From Vicugna vicugna (lineage: Eukaryota), in NCBI GenBank assembly GCA_013265495.1, contig MU058221.1, positions 4,280,001 to 4,344,000 of the forward strand: a stretch of DNA of 64,000 bases. Direction: 5' to 3'. Shown piece by piece: positions 1 to 12,879 of this stretch. How positions within the stretch are numbered: position 1 is the first letter of the stretch; each line of letters opens with the position of its first letter. The notes below the pieces were generated by a model. It was not told the origin of the DNA. It saw only the letters and a program-made list of their open reading frames with translations, and searched no databases. A program made the translations under genes and the position numbers.

Positions 1-125
1 TTGAGACTTCCATGGAAATATAAAGCAGGTAATTGGGTTTATTGATCTGGAATGCAGAGAACAGAACGGGACTGGAGATAGAAATGTAAGAGTTACCAAC
101 TGGCATGCAATCAGGAGTTGAAGCA
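1..125 (-). mobile_element. L2 LINE fragment (ancient)
   Basis: Resembles the L2 motif 'atctggaatgcagaga...gggactggagatagaaatgtaagagt'. Confidence 0.5.
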
Positions 126-1004
126 GGAGCTGAAGCCTAAAAGATAAGCTTGCACATGTCCTGACAGGGCCTTCCTGTGGCTCTCAAGCTATTTCGCCTG
201 CACGTCTTCTCTTTAAACATCATTGTCTGCACAACTATTTCCCCAGAGTCTCCTGTCCCTTGCTTTGCCTTATACCTACTGACAGTTTCAGTAAGATCTT
301 GCCAGATAGGTATCCTTGAAAGAATGCTTTCTTTACAACTTGATTCACCAAAGCTCACCAATAGAAACACAGTCCTTCCTTTCCCCTGATCTTTTGGTAT
401 CTTTGTTTTCTTTTATCTCGATGAGTAAGGGGAGGCTAAAATGAGAGGCCTTCCATTGATGTGACATAGAAAGAAACTTTTCTTCTTTCCTTCTTCTGGC
501 TTGATGCAGTCCTCTTTGGAGATCTGATATTCAAAATCAGAGAGTCATTTTGCCCTGTTGAGGGACCAGCAGTATGAGGTCAAGAGAGGAAGTCCACACA
601 CAAAGAAACAGCCTCCTTATCTTGGGGTCACTGTGTGCACACCATACGACCACCTTTCTAATTGTTTTTGATTTGATTTGTTTTAAACTGTGTTGCCTAT
701 GGCTTTGGGTGCTACACGAGTAAGCAAGCAATATGAGATTGCCCTCGGAACTCAAACACCTGGTATATCAGTTGGAGAAAGTCATTCCAGGGAAGTAATT
801 AGTTCAACTGACTGCTTGACTGCTCTGGTAAAGCTGGACAGGTGTCTGCCCTTCTTCAGAAGCTAGGAAGGAATCTTCTTCCCCCCATGAGTCCACAGAG
901 ATGCTGTTTCTGACTTCTCCAGGTCAAAGGGGAGTATCAGACTCCTGGTGCTTAAGTGACTCAATGTTTTGTTGCATTAACATGGGAAGAATCTCTTGTT
1001 TCAA

Positions 1005-1150
1005 GGGGGACGGTATAGCTCAGTGGTAAAGCACGTGCTTAGCATGCCCAAGGTCCTGGGTTCGATTCCCAGTATCTCCATTAAAAAAAAAACTAATGAT
1101 AAATAAATAGACCTACTGCTCTCCCTCCCCTCTACCAGAAAAAAAGAAAG
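1005..1150 (+). mobile_element. tRNA-Ala(AGC)-derived camelid SINE (vic-1 type)
   Basis: Head GGGGGACGGTATAGCTCAGTGGTAAAGC...TTAGCA...GGTTCGATTCCCAGTATCTCCA, then A-rich/AATAAAT tail, a C-rich patch and poly(A). Related copies at 40183 and 41759. Confidence 0.9.
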
Positions 1151-1404
1151 ATCTTAGAGATTTCAGTGAAAATCCAATTGCTGAACCCTGAGTATATCTT
1201 TGAATTTTCATAAAGCACACTTTGAAGCTGGTCTCCTAGTTATATACTGAAAAATTTAGTAAATACATTTCACCTGATGATAAAGACTTGCTATTCGAGC
1301 TGATGCTTCCTGCTGGTGGTTTTGAACTGTGGGTCTCTAGGATTTTTCAGCAGATGTTCAGGATGCCACAGGGGAGAAAATGATGCTGATGAGGCAAGAC
1401 TTAG

Positions 1405-1600
1405 ATTTGCATAGCACTTTGCTTTTTCTTACTTTTCATTATTTCAGTTGATTCTTAAAATAATCCTGTGATGAGGACAAGGGTTAATATCTCCATTCTT
1501 TTAAGTGAAGAGATAAAGATTCAGAGTTGTGAAGCAAGTTCTCCACCCCTATACCTATGATTAAGGATGAATCCAAGCCTTTAATGAAAGTACTATTTCC
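1405..1600 (-). mobile_element. MIR SINE fragment
   Basis: MIR core-like 'aataatcctgtgatgagg...tatctccattctttt...gattcagag'. Confidence 0.6.
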
Positions 1601-2366
1601 TTATCTCTAAAGCCCCCTTTGATGTACTCCACTGCTCCCAAAGACAGACTCCTGAAATCAGAAGTCACATATATACAGCGTGACATCTACTGCAGTGTAT
1701 GTGTGTGAGTATATTTAAAAGACTCTCATGAAATACTGAAAATGTGCTTCTGAATGATTTCAAGCACACACATACCAGAATATGCAAATTATTAAACCTA
1801 CCTGATACCTTTATTTTCATACATTCTAAAAACTGGAAAATGCGTATATCATTAGAGCAAGAGGTAGAATCAAATTCCAAAACTGCGTATTAGGCAAAAT
1901 GTAAATGATGTGTCCAAGGTCAGTTAGGCAGCATGTGGCAGAACTTGAGTTTATCCAGGCTTGACCTTGTCTTCAGCGATGCACGTTTTCAGGCGTTTCA
2001 TGAAAATAAAGGAGAGAGGCACAGATTTTCCAGAGTGGGATTAATTAACAGGGAGCATTTAAGAACAGTCCGGATGTGCGCATGCCAGAGGGCCTGCTCT
2101 ATGTAACAGTCACTTGGTGAGACTGTCTTGTCGGGAACTCCTTTTGGCTCTTTGGTACGTAAACCTCCCTGTGTGAGCGATGTCCAAGGGTGCACCCACC
2201 TTACACAAAACCTCCTTTGGAGCAAACTGGGTTTTAGCAAAGCCTCAGGGCATTTGTTCAGAAGGACACCGGGAAGACAGTGGGAAGTTTTTTAAAAAGA
2301 GGTGAGTCCAAACCAGCAGAAGCAGAAAACGTGGTAGCTTTGACAGAAACCACTCTAGAAACACTT

Positions 2367-2880
2367 TAGTATCAAGTCCAAACTAGTTCTGCTTGCCACA
2401 CGACAGGCCAGTAAGTCGGGAGATCAGGTGCTGGGGCAGGGAATAACAACTTTATTCAGAAAGCCGGCAGACTGAGAAGATGGCAGACTAATTTCCTGGA
2501 GAACCATCCCGAGTCAGAATTCAGGCTCCTTTTACACTAGAAAGGCGGGGAAGTGTGGCTGGTTGTTGCAAACTTCTTGGTGTCCGAATTCTTTGTTCTT
2601 GCAGCTGGCCACGCAGGTCAGGTCATGGTGTTCCTATAAACCTCCCACAAGACAAATGTTATTTTCTATTCTGCAACTTTTTATCTTTATGTGAATGGGG
2701 AAGTGTTAAACCCTGAAAAGTCACAGCCTTGAGAATGGGCTCTCCTGTCTATTTCAGGCTACAAGCAACATCCTTTTACAAAAGGTGCAGAAGCCGCGTG
2801 ACTCCGCACAGGAAACAGAGAGCACAAAGAGCCAAAGGAACAGATCGAATATGGAGTCAGATTTGTTCTTCTCTACTATG
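2367..2880 (-). mobile_element. ERV1-class solo LTR, family A copy 1
   Basis: Aligns along its length with 24845-25359 (same strand) and 30355-30863 (opposite strand). Minus-strand AATAAA signal; termini degenerate. Confidence 0.88.
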
Positions 2881-3164
2881 AAACAATAGGACAAGGGAGG
2901 TCGGGACCTGCCAGAGCCAGAGCCTGTCTGTCAGCAGTCTTCATTTTCTTTCCTGGCCCTCTACAAATCCCGGCGGCCTCAGGCCACACCTAAGGATCAG
3001 CCAGAGCCCTCCAGTAACGGGCAACCCCATTTCCTGGCGGAGGCAAGAGCCTGCCAGGCTGACACCCAAGGAGCGAGGAGCTGTCCAACAGCTGTATTTT
3101 TGCACTTCCGATGCCTATCTTGCTCAATCCTCTACAGTTTGCAATTCTAAATGTGTAACTCTAG

Positions 3165-3487
3165 CCTAAGGGTCGGTGAACTCCCCCCAGCCGCCACCTG
3201 TTTTTGTACTACAAGCGAGTTGAGTGATTTTTGACATTTTTTAAATGCCAAGAAAGAAAGAAAAAAGAAAACATACAGAAACAAAAGAAGGATAAATAAA
3301 ATTCAGAATTTCAGTGTCCATCAAACCGTTTTGGAACACAGCCATACCTGTTCACTTATAATTTTCTATACCCACTTTTGGGCCACCATGGCAAAGCTGA
3401 GTAGGCGTGACTGAGTCATTTAAAGCCCTCAAACCTAAAATATTTACCATCAAGCCCATTATGATGTGTGCCAGCTTCTGCTTTAGA
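3165..3487. mobile_element. MER58-like hAT-Charlie DNA transposon
   Basis: 'ttggaacacagccat...atggcaaagctgagtagg...aaacctaaaatatttacc' resembles MER58. Confidence 0.7.
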
Positions 3488-4019
3488 CTTCCTGTTCCCC
3501 GTGAACCTCTTACTTGGTAAGTCTCCTGCCTGGCCTCCCTGCTCGGACCTCACTGGAACCTCTAATTCTGGCCTCACTTCCCAGGCTTTTTTGAGATGCC
3601 TTGGTCTTGGCACCTCATCTCGTACCCACAACCTCTGACACCCTGCCTCAGAGCACAGTAGTATTAAAAATAGATCTGTAAGTCCAAGTCCATTAACATT
3701 TGGTTTGCCGAAGGAGAAAAATGATCTCTCTGCCTCATGGCTCTTCTTGGCTTAATTAACACATGAGCAGCTAACGAAGACAAGGAAGGCTCCATCACAT
3801 GATAGGGTGTTTGTGCTGGCCACATTAGTCACAGCTGTTCTCCACGATGCTCACGGAGGTGGAGCGTCCCTCTGCAGGGTGGCTCAGCAGCAAAGCAGCT
3901 GGTTATGTGAGAGCTAAAATAGACGGAAAAGACAATCGCCTTCCAAATCTGTCTTCTTGATGCTAAGAAAAGGCTTAATTTCCTATGGAGAACCAAAGGA
4001 TACAAAAATATGGTAATTA

Positions 4020-4235
4020 TTTTTGGAGACTCGCTGTGTTCCAGCTACTATGCTTAGAATTTTATTGCCATTGTCACACTTAATCACTGAAATCTCTCCA
4101 TGAAGTAGGCAGCGTGCTTATTTTCCCGACGTGAAAATGAGGCAAGGTCGGGCCATACAGACAGTAAATGACAAACCTAGGTTCAGGACTCGTGTCTCCC
4201 GGACATCAGAGCCTGTGGCAGTGACCTCTGCTTTG
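4020..4235 (-). mobile_element. MIR SINE
   Basis: 'tgtgttccagctactatgct...ccatgaagtaggc...gtgaaaatgaggc...gacatcagagcc'. Confidence 0.7.
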
Positions 4236-4604
4236 CACTGCCTCCTCAAAGCCACTTACGGATCTGGTTAAGACAAGCAGAAATGTGTTCTGCAAACCCT
4301 AACAAAACAGGGCCAAGTGTATATGGGTTATGCAGGATGGTGAGGAAAAGAAAGAACAACAGATCTAGTGGAATCGTACAGTCTAGGTTTTTTTTGTAAA
4401 AGGAAAATTTTACTACTATTACCCACTACACAGTGGAATTCAGTACACAGAGAGCCTGTCTAGAGTCTCACCCAAAGGAGAATTATTCCTCAAATGTCTG
4501 AAAGAACTTCCTATGCCTATCAGCTACACTGAAAAGACAGTGTGGTTCCAGTGTGTTCAGGCACAGCCCACGGCTTAGGTACACTGGGAAGGCAGGTCAA
4601 GGTT

Positions 4605-4712
4605 CTGCCAGTCATCTAGTCCAGTCCATTCCTTTTACAGACTTGGAGATTGGGGCCCAAAATGGGAAGGTGACATGCCCGATGTTATACAGCCGTTACC
4701 GGAGAGCAGGTT
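4605..4712 (-). mobile_element. MIR3-like fragment
   Basis: 'gtcatctagtccagtcc...ttttacaga...ggcccaaaatgggaaggtgacatgccc'. Confidence 0.6.
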
Positions 4713-5774
4713 CTTGTCTAGTTGCAGAAAGAATTCAGAGATGAGACTTCAAGAAAGCACAGGGAGGATTTATAAAGTGACAGGACCCTCTCAAGGAGAG
4801 AGCAAGCAGACTCAGGTGAGTAGCTTCACTGAGTTTCTTTGACAAGTTGGTTACATGGGGTGTAAAAATGAAAGTGCAGAATATCCATTGGAGAGGGAGG
4901 GGTTTGGGGTCATATTTCCTGATTTTCATTCCAGCTCCATCTTCCCAAGGGGAAGAGGGATTTCTGTCCTTATTTAGTCTGGAGCAGAAGTGTCATGGCA
5001 TCAGTGCATGATGGGTGCTTCTTATCTGCAAGGCTAATTTTATAGTAATGAGGGCATAATGAGCAAAAAGTTACATTTAGATGCCAGAGATTCCCACCTT
5101 TTCCCACCTTTCTCTGTCTGCCTTCAGGACACTTATCACCCCAAAATGTGTAGTTTCCTCACAATCCAGAGGTTCCTGCTTTGCTTTATCTGCCCAAGGA
5201 CCCCCATTGTTTATAAGACATATACAAATGGTCCCACCGTTTGTCCTGTGTCCCTCCTTCTCTGCTCATATCTAGATATCTGCCTGCTCTAATGCAACTA
5301 TTAGAGGCAAGTGCAAATTGAGTGACATTTCCATTCCATTACATCATGAACCACGCACGACAAAGTGGCAAGAGTGCAGACTTGATGTACACTGACCAAA
5401 GTGAGCAACCCCTGTGGAGCTGGCCTGACGGCTGGTTGTCAGCAGATCTGCTGACACTCTCCGCATCTCCAGGAGGGCAGAGATGTTGTTCCTTCTAACT
5501 GACACCTTAACTCAAGTCCGTTCATCTTCCACCAAAGATAATTACCAATGGCACAGGGCTTTCTACTCTACAGAGCACTTTCACAACAATGGTTATTATT
5601 TATATTGAACAAAGAAGAAAATCTGAGGGAAGAGAAACGGACCGCCTGGATCTAGGTCATCCAACATGGTAAGACCCTTCCACCTGGAAATGACTCCCAG
5701 TAAAGAAAAAAGAACATTATCACAGCTTCTCTGGTTCCTCCAGAGAAGCATGCTCCTTTCTTCCTCGGGACTTT

Positions 5775-5890
5775 TGCCAAAAATAAAGTGCTTGTGCCAC
5801 AGTGGCAGAGTTGAGTAGGTGTGATGGAGATGCATAATATCCAGCAACCTAAAATATTTATTATCCAGACCATTACAGACAAAGTCTTTC
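5775..5890. mobile_element. MER58-like fragment
   Basis: 'cacagtggcagagttgagtagg...aacctaaaatatttattatcc', similar to 3385-3460. Confidence 0.6.
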
Positions 5891-6099
5891 ATGAGCTTAA
5901 AGCCTATTCATAAGTCAGCTATTATTTCAAATTCCTTATACACTAAACTTCTCTCAATTTCCCAAATTGACTTGAAATGGATTCTCGTACTTTCACTAGC
6001 AAAGTCCTTAAGAACAGGAAGGTCTTACTATGTTTCTCCATCCAACACACATGGTTGCACTCCTGAAATAGCCAAGAAATATTTTAAGAGGGTTTTGAG

Positions 6100-6440
6100 A
6101 AATCTTCGCAGGAACCCCATGAGACAGGCATTGCAATCCCCTGTTGCACGTAAGTAAATGGAGGCTCTTTAATGATTAGGCAATTTACTAAATGTCACAG
6201 TAAGTAAGTGGCAAAGTCAGAACTTACATAGTTTGCCCAGCATTTTGCTGCTTCTTTTTCTTTTGGTGTATCATTAAATCCTCATGACAATTCAGCAAGA
6301 TTATTGGTCAGGAAGAACGGCCCATTCTTCTCATTTTACCCAAGAGGCAACTAAAGCACAGAGAACCAAAATCTCTTGCTCAAGTCACATAGCAAAGTGG
6401 AGGATTCAGATCTGGGTTTTCTGATTAAATTCTGTAGCTC
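6100..6440 (-). mobile_element. Two adjacent MIR fragments
   Basis: MIR core-like segments at about 6100-6230 and 6270-6440. Confidence 0.55.
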
Positions 6441-7579
6441 CTCCTGCTGTTTTATTAAATGCCCCCAAGACATCTTCATATCTACTAATTCTAACAAGTA
6501 ATATTTCTTTAGGAAATGATTGCCATAGATACAGAGATATGTCTCTGGAATCCTGTTATCCTCTGCGTCTAAATTATACTGTTTATGACTGAGATGGCGA
6601 TGAGCGGAAAGCTTTCTGCCACGGGCAACATAACAACTATCCCAGTCGGAGTTCTTCGTTTTGAGGTTTCTCTGGAGATTTAATTTTCACTCTGCACCCA
6701 TTAAAAAGTGTACTGGCTGCTCATATAATAATTCCAGTACCTTTGTAATAATATTTCTCTTTCATTTCCTTGCAAATGGGGATGCATTGCTCAAAGAGGC
6801 TATTTTTATTTACCTTGTGAATCACATATGGGAAAAACAGAGCCAATTTGAAAGCAGCACAGTATTTCCTTGGGACCTCTCACTGAGGGGGTTACATGGC
6901 GCATCAGACTTGCTGGCAGATGAAACACAGAGGGACTCGCTTATGCACCAAATCCCGCTCTGGGAAGTCCGCTTCAGTGGGAGACTGCAAACAAGCCATT
7001 ATTTTGTCAGTTGGAACAAAAGCCCCGATTAAAAATTAAAATACATTCTGTACTGATAAATATACCACTGCCTAATTACTTGCAAGATTTATATTTTGTG
7101 ATGTTAATTTCTTCATAATGTTTTTTTTAACTCCCTATAAACCAGAACACAATGAGCTTGACAGTGACAAGTTTCAGTAAATGTTTGGTTGTTCCTTTTA
7201 TTAGACACATCAGCTCCTGATTATTAATGTTTTAAAATACTTAAAACACTTCATGATAAGAGAACTATGTCTTTTCCATCAAATGGCTTTCATTGTAGGA
7301 AGTGTGTATTTAGACACATCTAATTATGACTATTTTAAAATTTATTTTCTGCCAACTGGATCTTCAGATTTGCCATTATCCAAATTTCCTCAACATTCAC
7401 ATACATACACACAACCATAACATAAAGAAACAAAAACACTAAGATAAATAAAACCAAGAAAAATCAAATAATAGCTTCCAGTAGCTTCAAGGATTTCTTT
7501 TTTTTTTTTGAAGGCTGGAGTGGAAGGGGAAATAGGAGGCATGATTAAAGGGAGAGCATGAAAATAAATGGAGAAGTGA

Positions 7580-10500
7580 AGTCAGCAAAATTGGTGGAGT
7601 GGGCAGTTCCAAGGGCACATGCTCCATAGAAACATTTAACAAATTGAGCAAAAACTGTCAGAATCAAATTTGTCACAACACCGGAAAACATTCAAAAGTT
7701 GAGCAACTAAGTGAACGCTGAATCAAGAAAAGGCGGCTTAAGAATGGTAGGAAAGCTTGGTGGTATTTTTGTTGTCATTGTTCTTACTCCACCTGCCTCC
7801 CCAGCCCTCCCACGCCCCCGGCCCATCGGTGGTCCTGAAGACAGCAGCCCACATGCCCAGTGAGGGATTCTGAGCCCTGGTTCTGGTGGGGGCAGAGCAA
7901 ATCTTATTTGCAAAGAATTGTTTGTCCGCTCCAACCTTCTCTGGGGCTAAATGAACACCTGATGCAAGGGGCTTGTCTTTGCTTCACCTAATTTGGAACT
8001 CAGGGCATAAAAGCCCCAGGCATCCCTCAAAAATGTTTTAAATAAAACTAACGACTCACAGCCACCTGGGCAAAAGGCTGTGGTTGAGGCATAAAGGCCT
8101 AAAGGCTGGAAGGAAAGGCTTGGGTAGAGAGTACACACTAACACAAACACAACAAGAAAAGGAGAAGGAAATCAATGGTACACTACAGAATATGAATTAA
8201 AGGTGCATAAGCTAAACTCTAATAAAAGAGGACGTATGAGCAGAATCAATAGAGAAGCATGATCCAAGCCAGGTTGTTTCACAAGAGACTCACTTTAGAC
8301 CCGAAGATCCTATAGGTATAAAGTAAAAGGATGGAAAATATTTTATGAAAATAGTAACTGAGAGAGTTGAGTTGGCTACACTAATACCATACAAATATAC
8401 CTTAAGTCAAACACTGTTATAAAATACAAGGAAGGACATTATATACTGATTAAAGTGGCAATTTATCAAAAAGATGTAACAGTTAGAAATACATATGCAC
8501 CTAACAACAGAGCCCCAACATCCATAAAACAAACATTGACAGATTTGAAGGAAGAAATAGACATTCTACAACAATAGTGGGAGATTTCAATACCCCACTT
8601 ACAATAGTACATAAAACAACTAGAAAGAAGATACAAAGAAGATCAATAAGGAAAAAGAAAATTAAAACAACACTATAAGCCACCTAGACAAAATAAATGA
8701 ATACAGAACACTCCATACATCAACAGCAAAAGCAGAATATACATTTTTCTCAAATTCACAGGGAAATTTCTTCAGGCTAGACCACCCATTAGGCCACCAA
8801 AAAAAAAGTCTCAATAAATTTTAAAAGATGGAAATAATACAAAATATCTTTTCTGAGCAAAATTAAATGAAGCTAGAAATAAGTAACTGAGAAAAACTTT
8901 AAAAAATCACAAATAATTTGACACAGCATTCTAAAATGACTATAACTCAATAAAAAAATTAAATCAATCAATCAATAAATTAATCCATTTAAAAGATTCC
9001 ATTACGGCACAAAAAAAAAATTCACAAATACGTGGACATTAAACAACATGTTCTTAAACACCAAATTGTTAAAATAAAAAAATGAAAAAATAGGAACTAC
9101 TTTGAAATGAATAAAAATTAAAATACAACATACCAAACCATAAGGGTACAGAAAGTCAGGGATAAGAGGGAAATTTATAGCTGTAAGCTACATAAACACA
9201 TGAAAAGAGGCTTAAATCAACAACCCAAATTTACACCCTAAGAACTAGGGAAAGAAAAAAAAAACTGACTAAACTGAAAGCTATCAAAGAAGAAGGAAAA
9301 AGAACAGAGATAAATGAATTAGAAAATAAAAAGTAATAGAATCAGTGAAATTGAAAACTGTTCCATTTACATTAAAATCAGAGAATAAAATATGAATAAA
9401 TTTAACCAGGGAGGTGCAAAGACTTTTATATTGCAAAGTACTAAATATTACTTGAAAGAAATTAAAGATCTAAATAAATGGAAAGACATCCCACATTCAT
9501 GAACTGGAAGACTTAATATTGTTACATTGGCAATACTACTCAAGGTGATGTACAGATTCAATGCAATCTTTATAAAAGTTCCAATGTTCTTTTATTCAGA
9601 GATGGAAAAGCTTACCCCCAAATTCACATAAAATTACAAGGAGACCTGAATAAGTAAAAACGATATTGAAAAAGAAGAACAAAGTTGAAGGACTCACACA
9701 TCCCTACTTCAAAACTTGTTAAAAAGCTACATTAACCAGAATAGTGTGGTCCTGGCAAAATATTAGGCATAGACCCAACAGAGCAGAAGTGAGATTTCAG
9801 GAAAAAACGCATTTATCTATGGCCAATTGTTTTTCAACAAGGGTAGACCAAGAACATTCAATGGGAGGTGATAATTTATTCAACAAATGCTGCTGGGACA
9901 GCTGGAAATACACATGCAAAATAATGAAGTTGAAACAGTACCTGAAACCATACACAAAAATCAACTCAAAATGGATCAAAGATATAAAAATACAATAGTT
10001 TTAACTCAAACTATCAAACTGTTAGAAGAAAACCTAGTAAATCCTTATGACCCAGGATTTGCCAATGGCATCTTAGATAAGACACAAAAATGTACAAGCA
10101 ACAAAGAAAAGAAGAAATAAATTAGACTTCATCAAAACTGAAAGCTTTTGCTTTTAACCAGTTACCAAGAAAATGAAAAGACAACCAACAAAATGAGAGA
10201 AACTATTTGCAAATAATGTATCTGATAAGAGTCTTATATCCAGAATACATGAAGAAAAGAACACTAACAACTCAACAACAAAAAAACAAACAACCTAATT
10301 TTTCCAATGGGCAAAGAACTTGAATAGACATTTTTCCAAACAACCTATACAAATGGCCACCAAGTAGATGGAAGGATGTTCAACATCATTAGTCATTCGG
10401 AAAAAGTAAATCAAAGCCACAAAGAGAGACTTCTTCATGACCACAAGGATGGCTTTTTTTTTTTTAAGAAGTAAAGAAAAATGTGCTGATGAGAATGTGG

Positions 10501-11150
10501 AGAAATTGGAAGCCTTATACATTGCTGGTGGGAATGGAAAATGGTTCAGCCACTATGGATAAGTCTGGTGGTCCCTAAAACAGTTACACATAGAACTACC
10601 ATATGACTCAGCAGTTTCACTCCTAAAGAACTGAAAACAGACATACAAATACATGTACATCCATATTCTTAGCAGCACTTTTACAATCGCTAAAAGACTT
10701 GAAATGACACAAACCTCCATCAATGGATGAATGCACAAGCATGTTGTATATGTACAATGGCATGTTATTTAGACAAAAAAAGCAATGAAGTGTTGCCATA
10801 TTGTATAATGTGATGAATCTCAAAAGTATCTCGGTAAGAGAAAGAAACCAGAAATGAAAGTTCGTATCTTATAAGATTCCATTTGTATGAAGCATCCAGG
10901 ATGGGTTAATTATACAGACAGAAGCCAAACTAGTGGTTTTCTTCTGAGGAGGTTCTAGGGAGGGACGGGCATTGGAAATAATTGCCTAATGAGTGTGGGG
11001 CTCCTTTTGTTGTGATGAAAACGTTCTGGCACCAGATAGATGGGATGGTTGTACAACATTACGACTGTACTAAATGCCAGTGAGTTGCTCATTTAAAAAT
11101 GGTTGATTTTATGTTATTTGAATTTCACCTTGATTTTTTTTTAATTTAAA
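7580..11150 (+). mobile_element. Decayed L1M (L1MB-like) LINE: 5' region, endonuclease part, ORF2 C-terminus and 3'UTR, with internal deletions
   Basis: Endonuclease-like DNA (acaatagtgggagatttcaataccccact = IVGDFNTP). ORF2 C-terminal residues in ORF 9744-9998 (LFNKCCWDSW...KPYTKINSKWIKD). L1MB-type 3' end at 10900-11140. Many stops and frameshifts. Confidence 0.92.
8915..9016 (+). mobile_element. Younger ultra-short L1 3' end nested in the older L1
   Basis: 'ttgacacagcattctaaaatgactataactcaataaaaaaa', flanked by TSD-like aaaatcacaaata / aaaattcacaaata. Confidence 0.75.
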
Positions 11151-11299
11151 ATATATTCAAAATACATGGAGGGGGTGATGTAAGGTTTCTAACAGAGGTG
11201 ATAATGGGCAATATAGCAGGAAGAAGAAAGGGAGGTGACATCTAGGGTCGCATGTGGTGCATATTTGAAAGGCAGAAACTAACATGAAATATGTGAGAA

Positions 11300-11700
11300 G
11301 AGAGACTCCTGGCTTCCTCCCATTCTGTCCCCTACAAACACTTCGGTATGCAGCTGTGAGATTGACCTTTTAAAAACAAACATCTGAACATCCTGATGCC
11401 ATCCCCATACGTCTCCAATCTAGAAGCTTTCATTGCACCGTGCCGCAAATTCTACTGCCTCCAGGCGGCTTCTCCAGTCCACCGTGGTCCACCTTTTCCT
11501 TTCTGACTCTAGAAGCTTGCCCTCCCCAACCATACTCCCTAAGCACACGTATTCCCACATCTTTTTCCACTTTCTGAACACCACAGCGCCTCTCACAGCT
11601 CTGCGCACTTAGTCATGCAGTTAACTCTTTCGGGTAAATCTTACCAACCCTGAGGACTTAGCTCAAATGCCACTTTTCATGGCATGGTTCCTGGAATCAT
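11300..11700 (+). mobile_element. L2 fragment
   Basis: Pyrimidine-rich L2-like text, e.g. 'cttagctcaaatgccactttt'. Confidence 0.5.
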
Positions 11701-11719
11701 TCATCTGAAGGCAGCTTAT

Positions 11720-12232
11720 GGCAGAAAGAGCACAGACTTTGCAAACAGCCAAGTCTAGCCTATCCAAAATTTGTTACATGTCAGTCATGTAATTTTGGCC
11801 CCTTTATTTAACTTCTGTGAGCCTTACTGCCCTAGTCCTCTCAGGGGACTATAACAAAAACACCGCAGAGTGCGTGGCTTTCTCACAATTCTGAAGTTTG
11901 GAATGTCTAAGGTAAAGGGGCCAGCAGATTCAGTGTCAGGTGGAGGCCCCCTTCCTTGTTCACTGGTGGCTGTCCCTTCAATTTGCTGTCACATGTTAGG
12001 AGGGGCAAGAGAGTCCTCTGAGGTCTCCTTTAGAAGCCCATGAATGAGGGCTTCGCCTTTATCAGCTAATCAGCCTGAAAACACCCCACCTCCAAACCCC
12101 ATCACAGTGGGGTTAGAATTGCAGCACATGGGTTTTTGGGGGCGTGTTCACATTCAGTCCATAACACTCCGTTTCCTCTTTTATGAAATGAGGTTAATAA
12201 TGCCCCCGTTAGATTTTTGTGAGAATAAAATT
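11720..12232 (+). mobile_element. MIR split by an MLT1 insertion
   Basis: 'ttaacttctgtgagcct' (about 11810) resumes as 'ctccgtttcctcttttatgaaatgagg' (12166). Confidence 0.7.
11828..12165 (-). mobile_element. MLT1A/B-like MaLR LTR
   Basis: 'ctataacaaaaacacc...catcacagtggggttagaatt...cacattcagtccataaca'. Confidence 0.8.
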
Positions 12233-12879
12233 TAAAATCTAGGCAGAGGTCTCCTCACCTGGCAGACATTCAATGCATTCCTTTCTACTCAGCTTCTCAG
12301 TGGTTCCTGAAAAGTACATGCTTATTATAATAGGCAAATAACACTCCCTTGAACGTATATGGTGCCTTAATATTTCAAACATGTTACTTATAATCTTGCA
12401 TTTGATCTGCAGGAGAATTATTGGCACCCACTAGGATAATGTGAGTGGAAAAGGACAAAATGAAGACAGGAGCCAAGGAGGACTATTTTTTGTTGTTGTC
12501 TCTATGACCAAATAAGCAATAGACCAAGCCACTGTCATAAACTTTTTGAAAAAAAAATCAAGTTTGGAAAGTGACGCATTTTCTTTAAAACGTAATGGCC
12601 TGTGGGAGGCAAAGCTGCAACTCTCACCGTCAGTGACTTAGCCGGGGTCTCTGCACTCTCCTCACAGTGGGGTCATATCCAGCGCTCTTCAGTTGATGAG
12701 AATCCCATCAGAAATCTTCACCGTTCTTTTCTGTTTGGTCCCAAGGACCTTTAATGACGCCCGGATCTAGAGGACGAATCCAATCTTCAGCCATCACGCC
12801 CTCACTTCTCCAGCAGAACTGCTCGTTTCTATGCCAAGGAGAGTACAAAGCCACCGGACAGCTAAGACACATGTTCCTA

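Noticed and set aside
1005..1080. Functional tRNA-Ala(AGC) gene (also 40183 and 41759)
   Set aside because: Stem mismatches, extra 5' bases, a shared non-tRNA tail, poly(A) and dispersed divergent copies indicate a SINE.
9744..10120. Protein-coding ORFs
   Set aside because: Frameshifted remnants of L1 ORF2.
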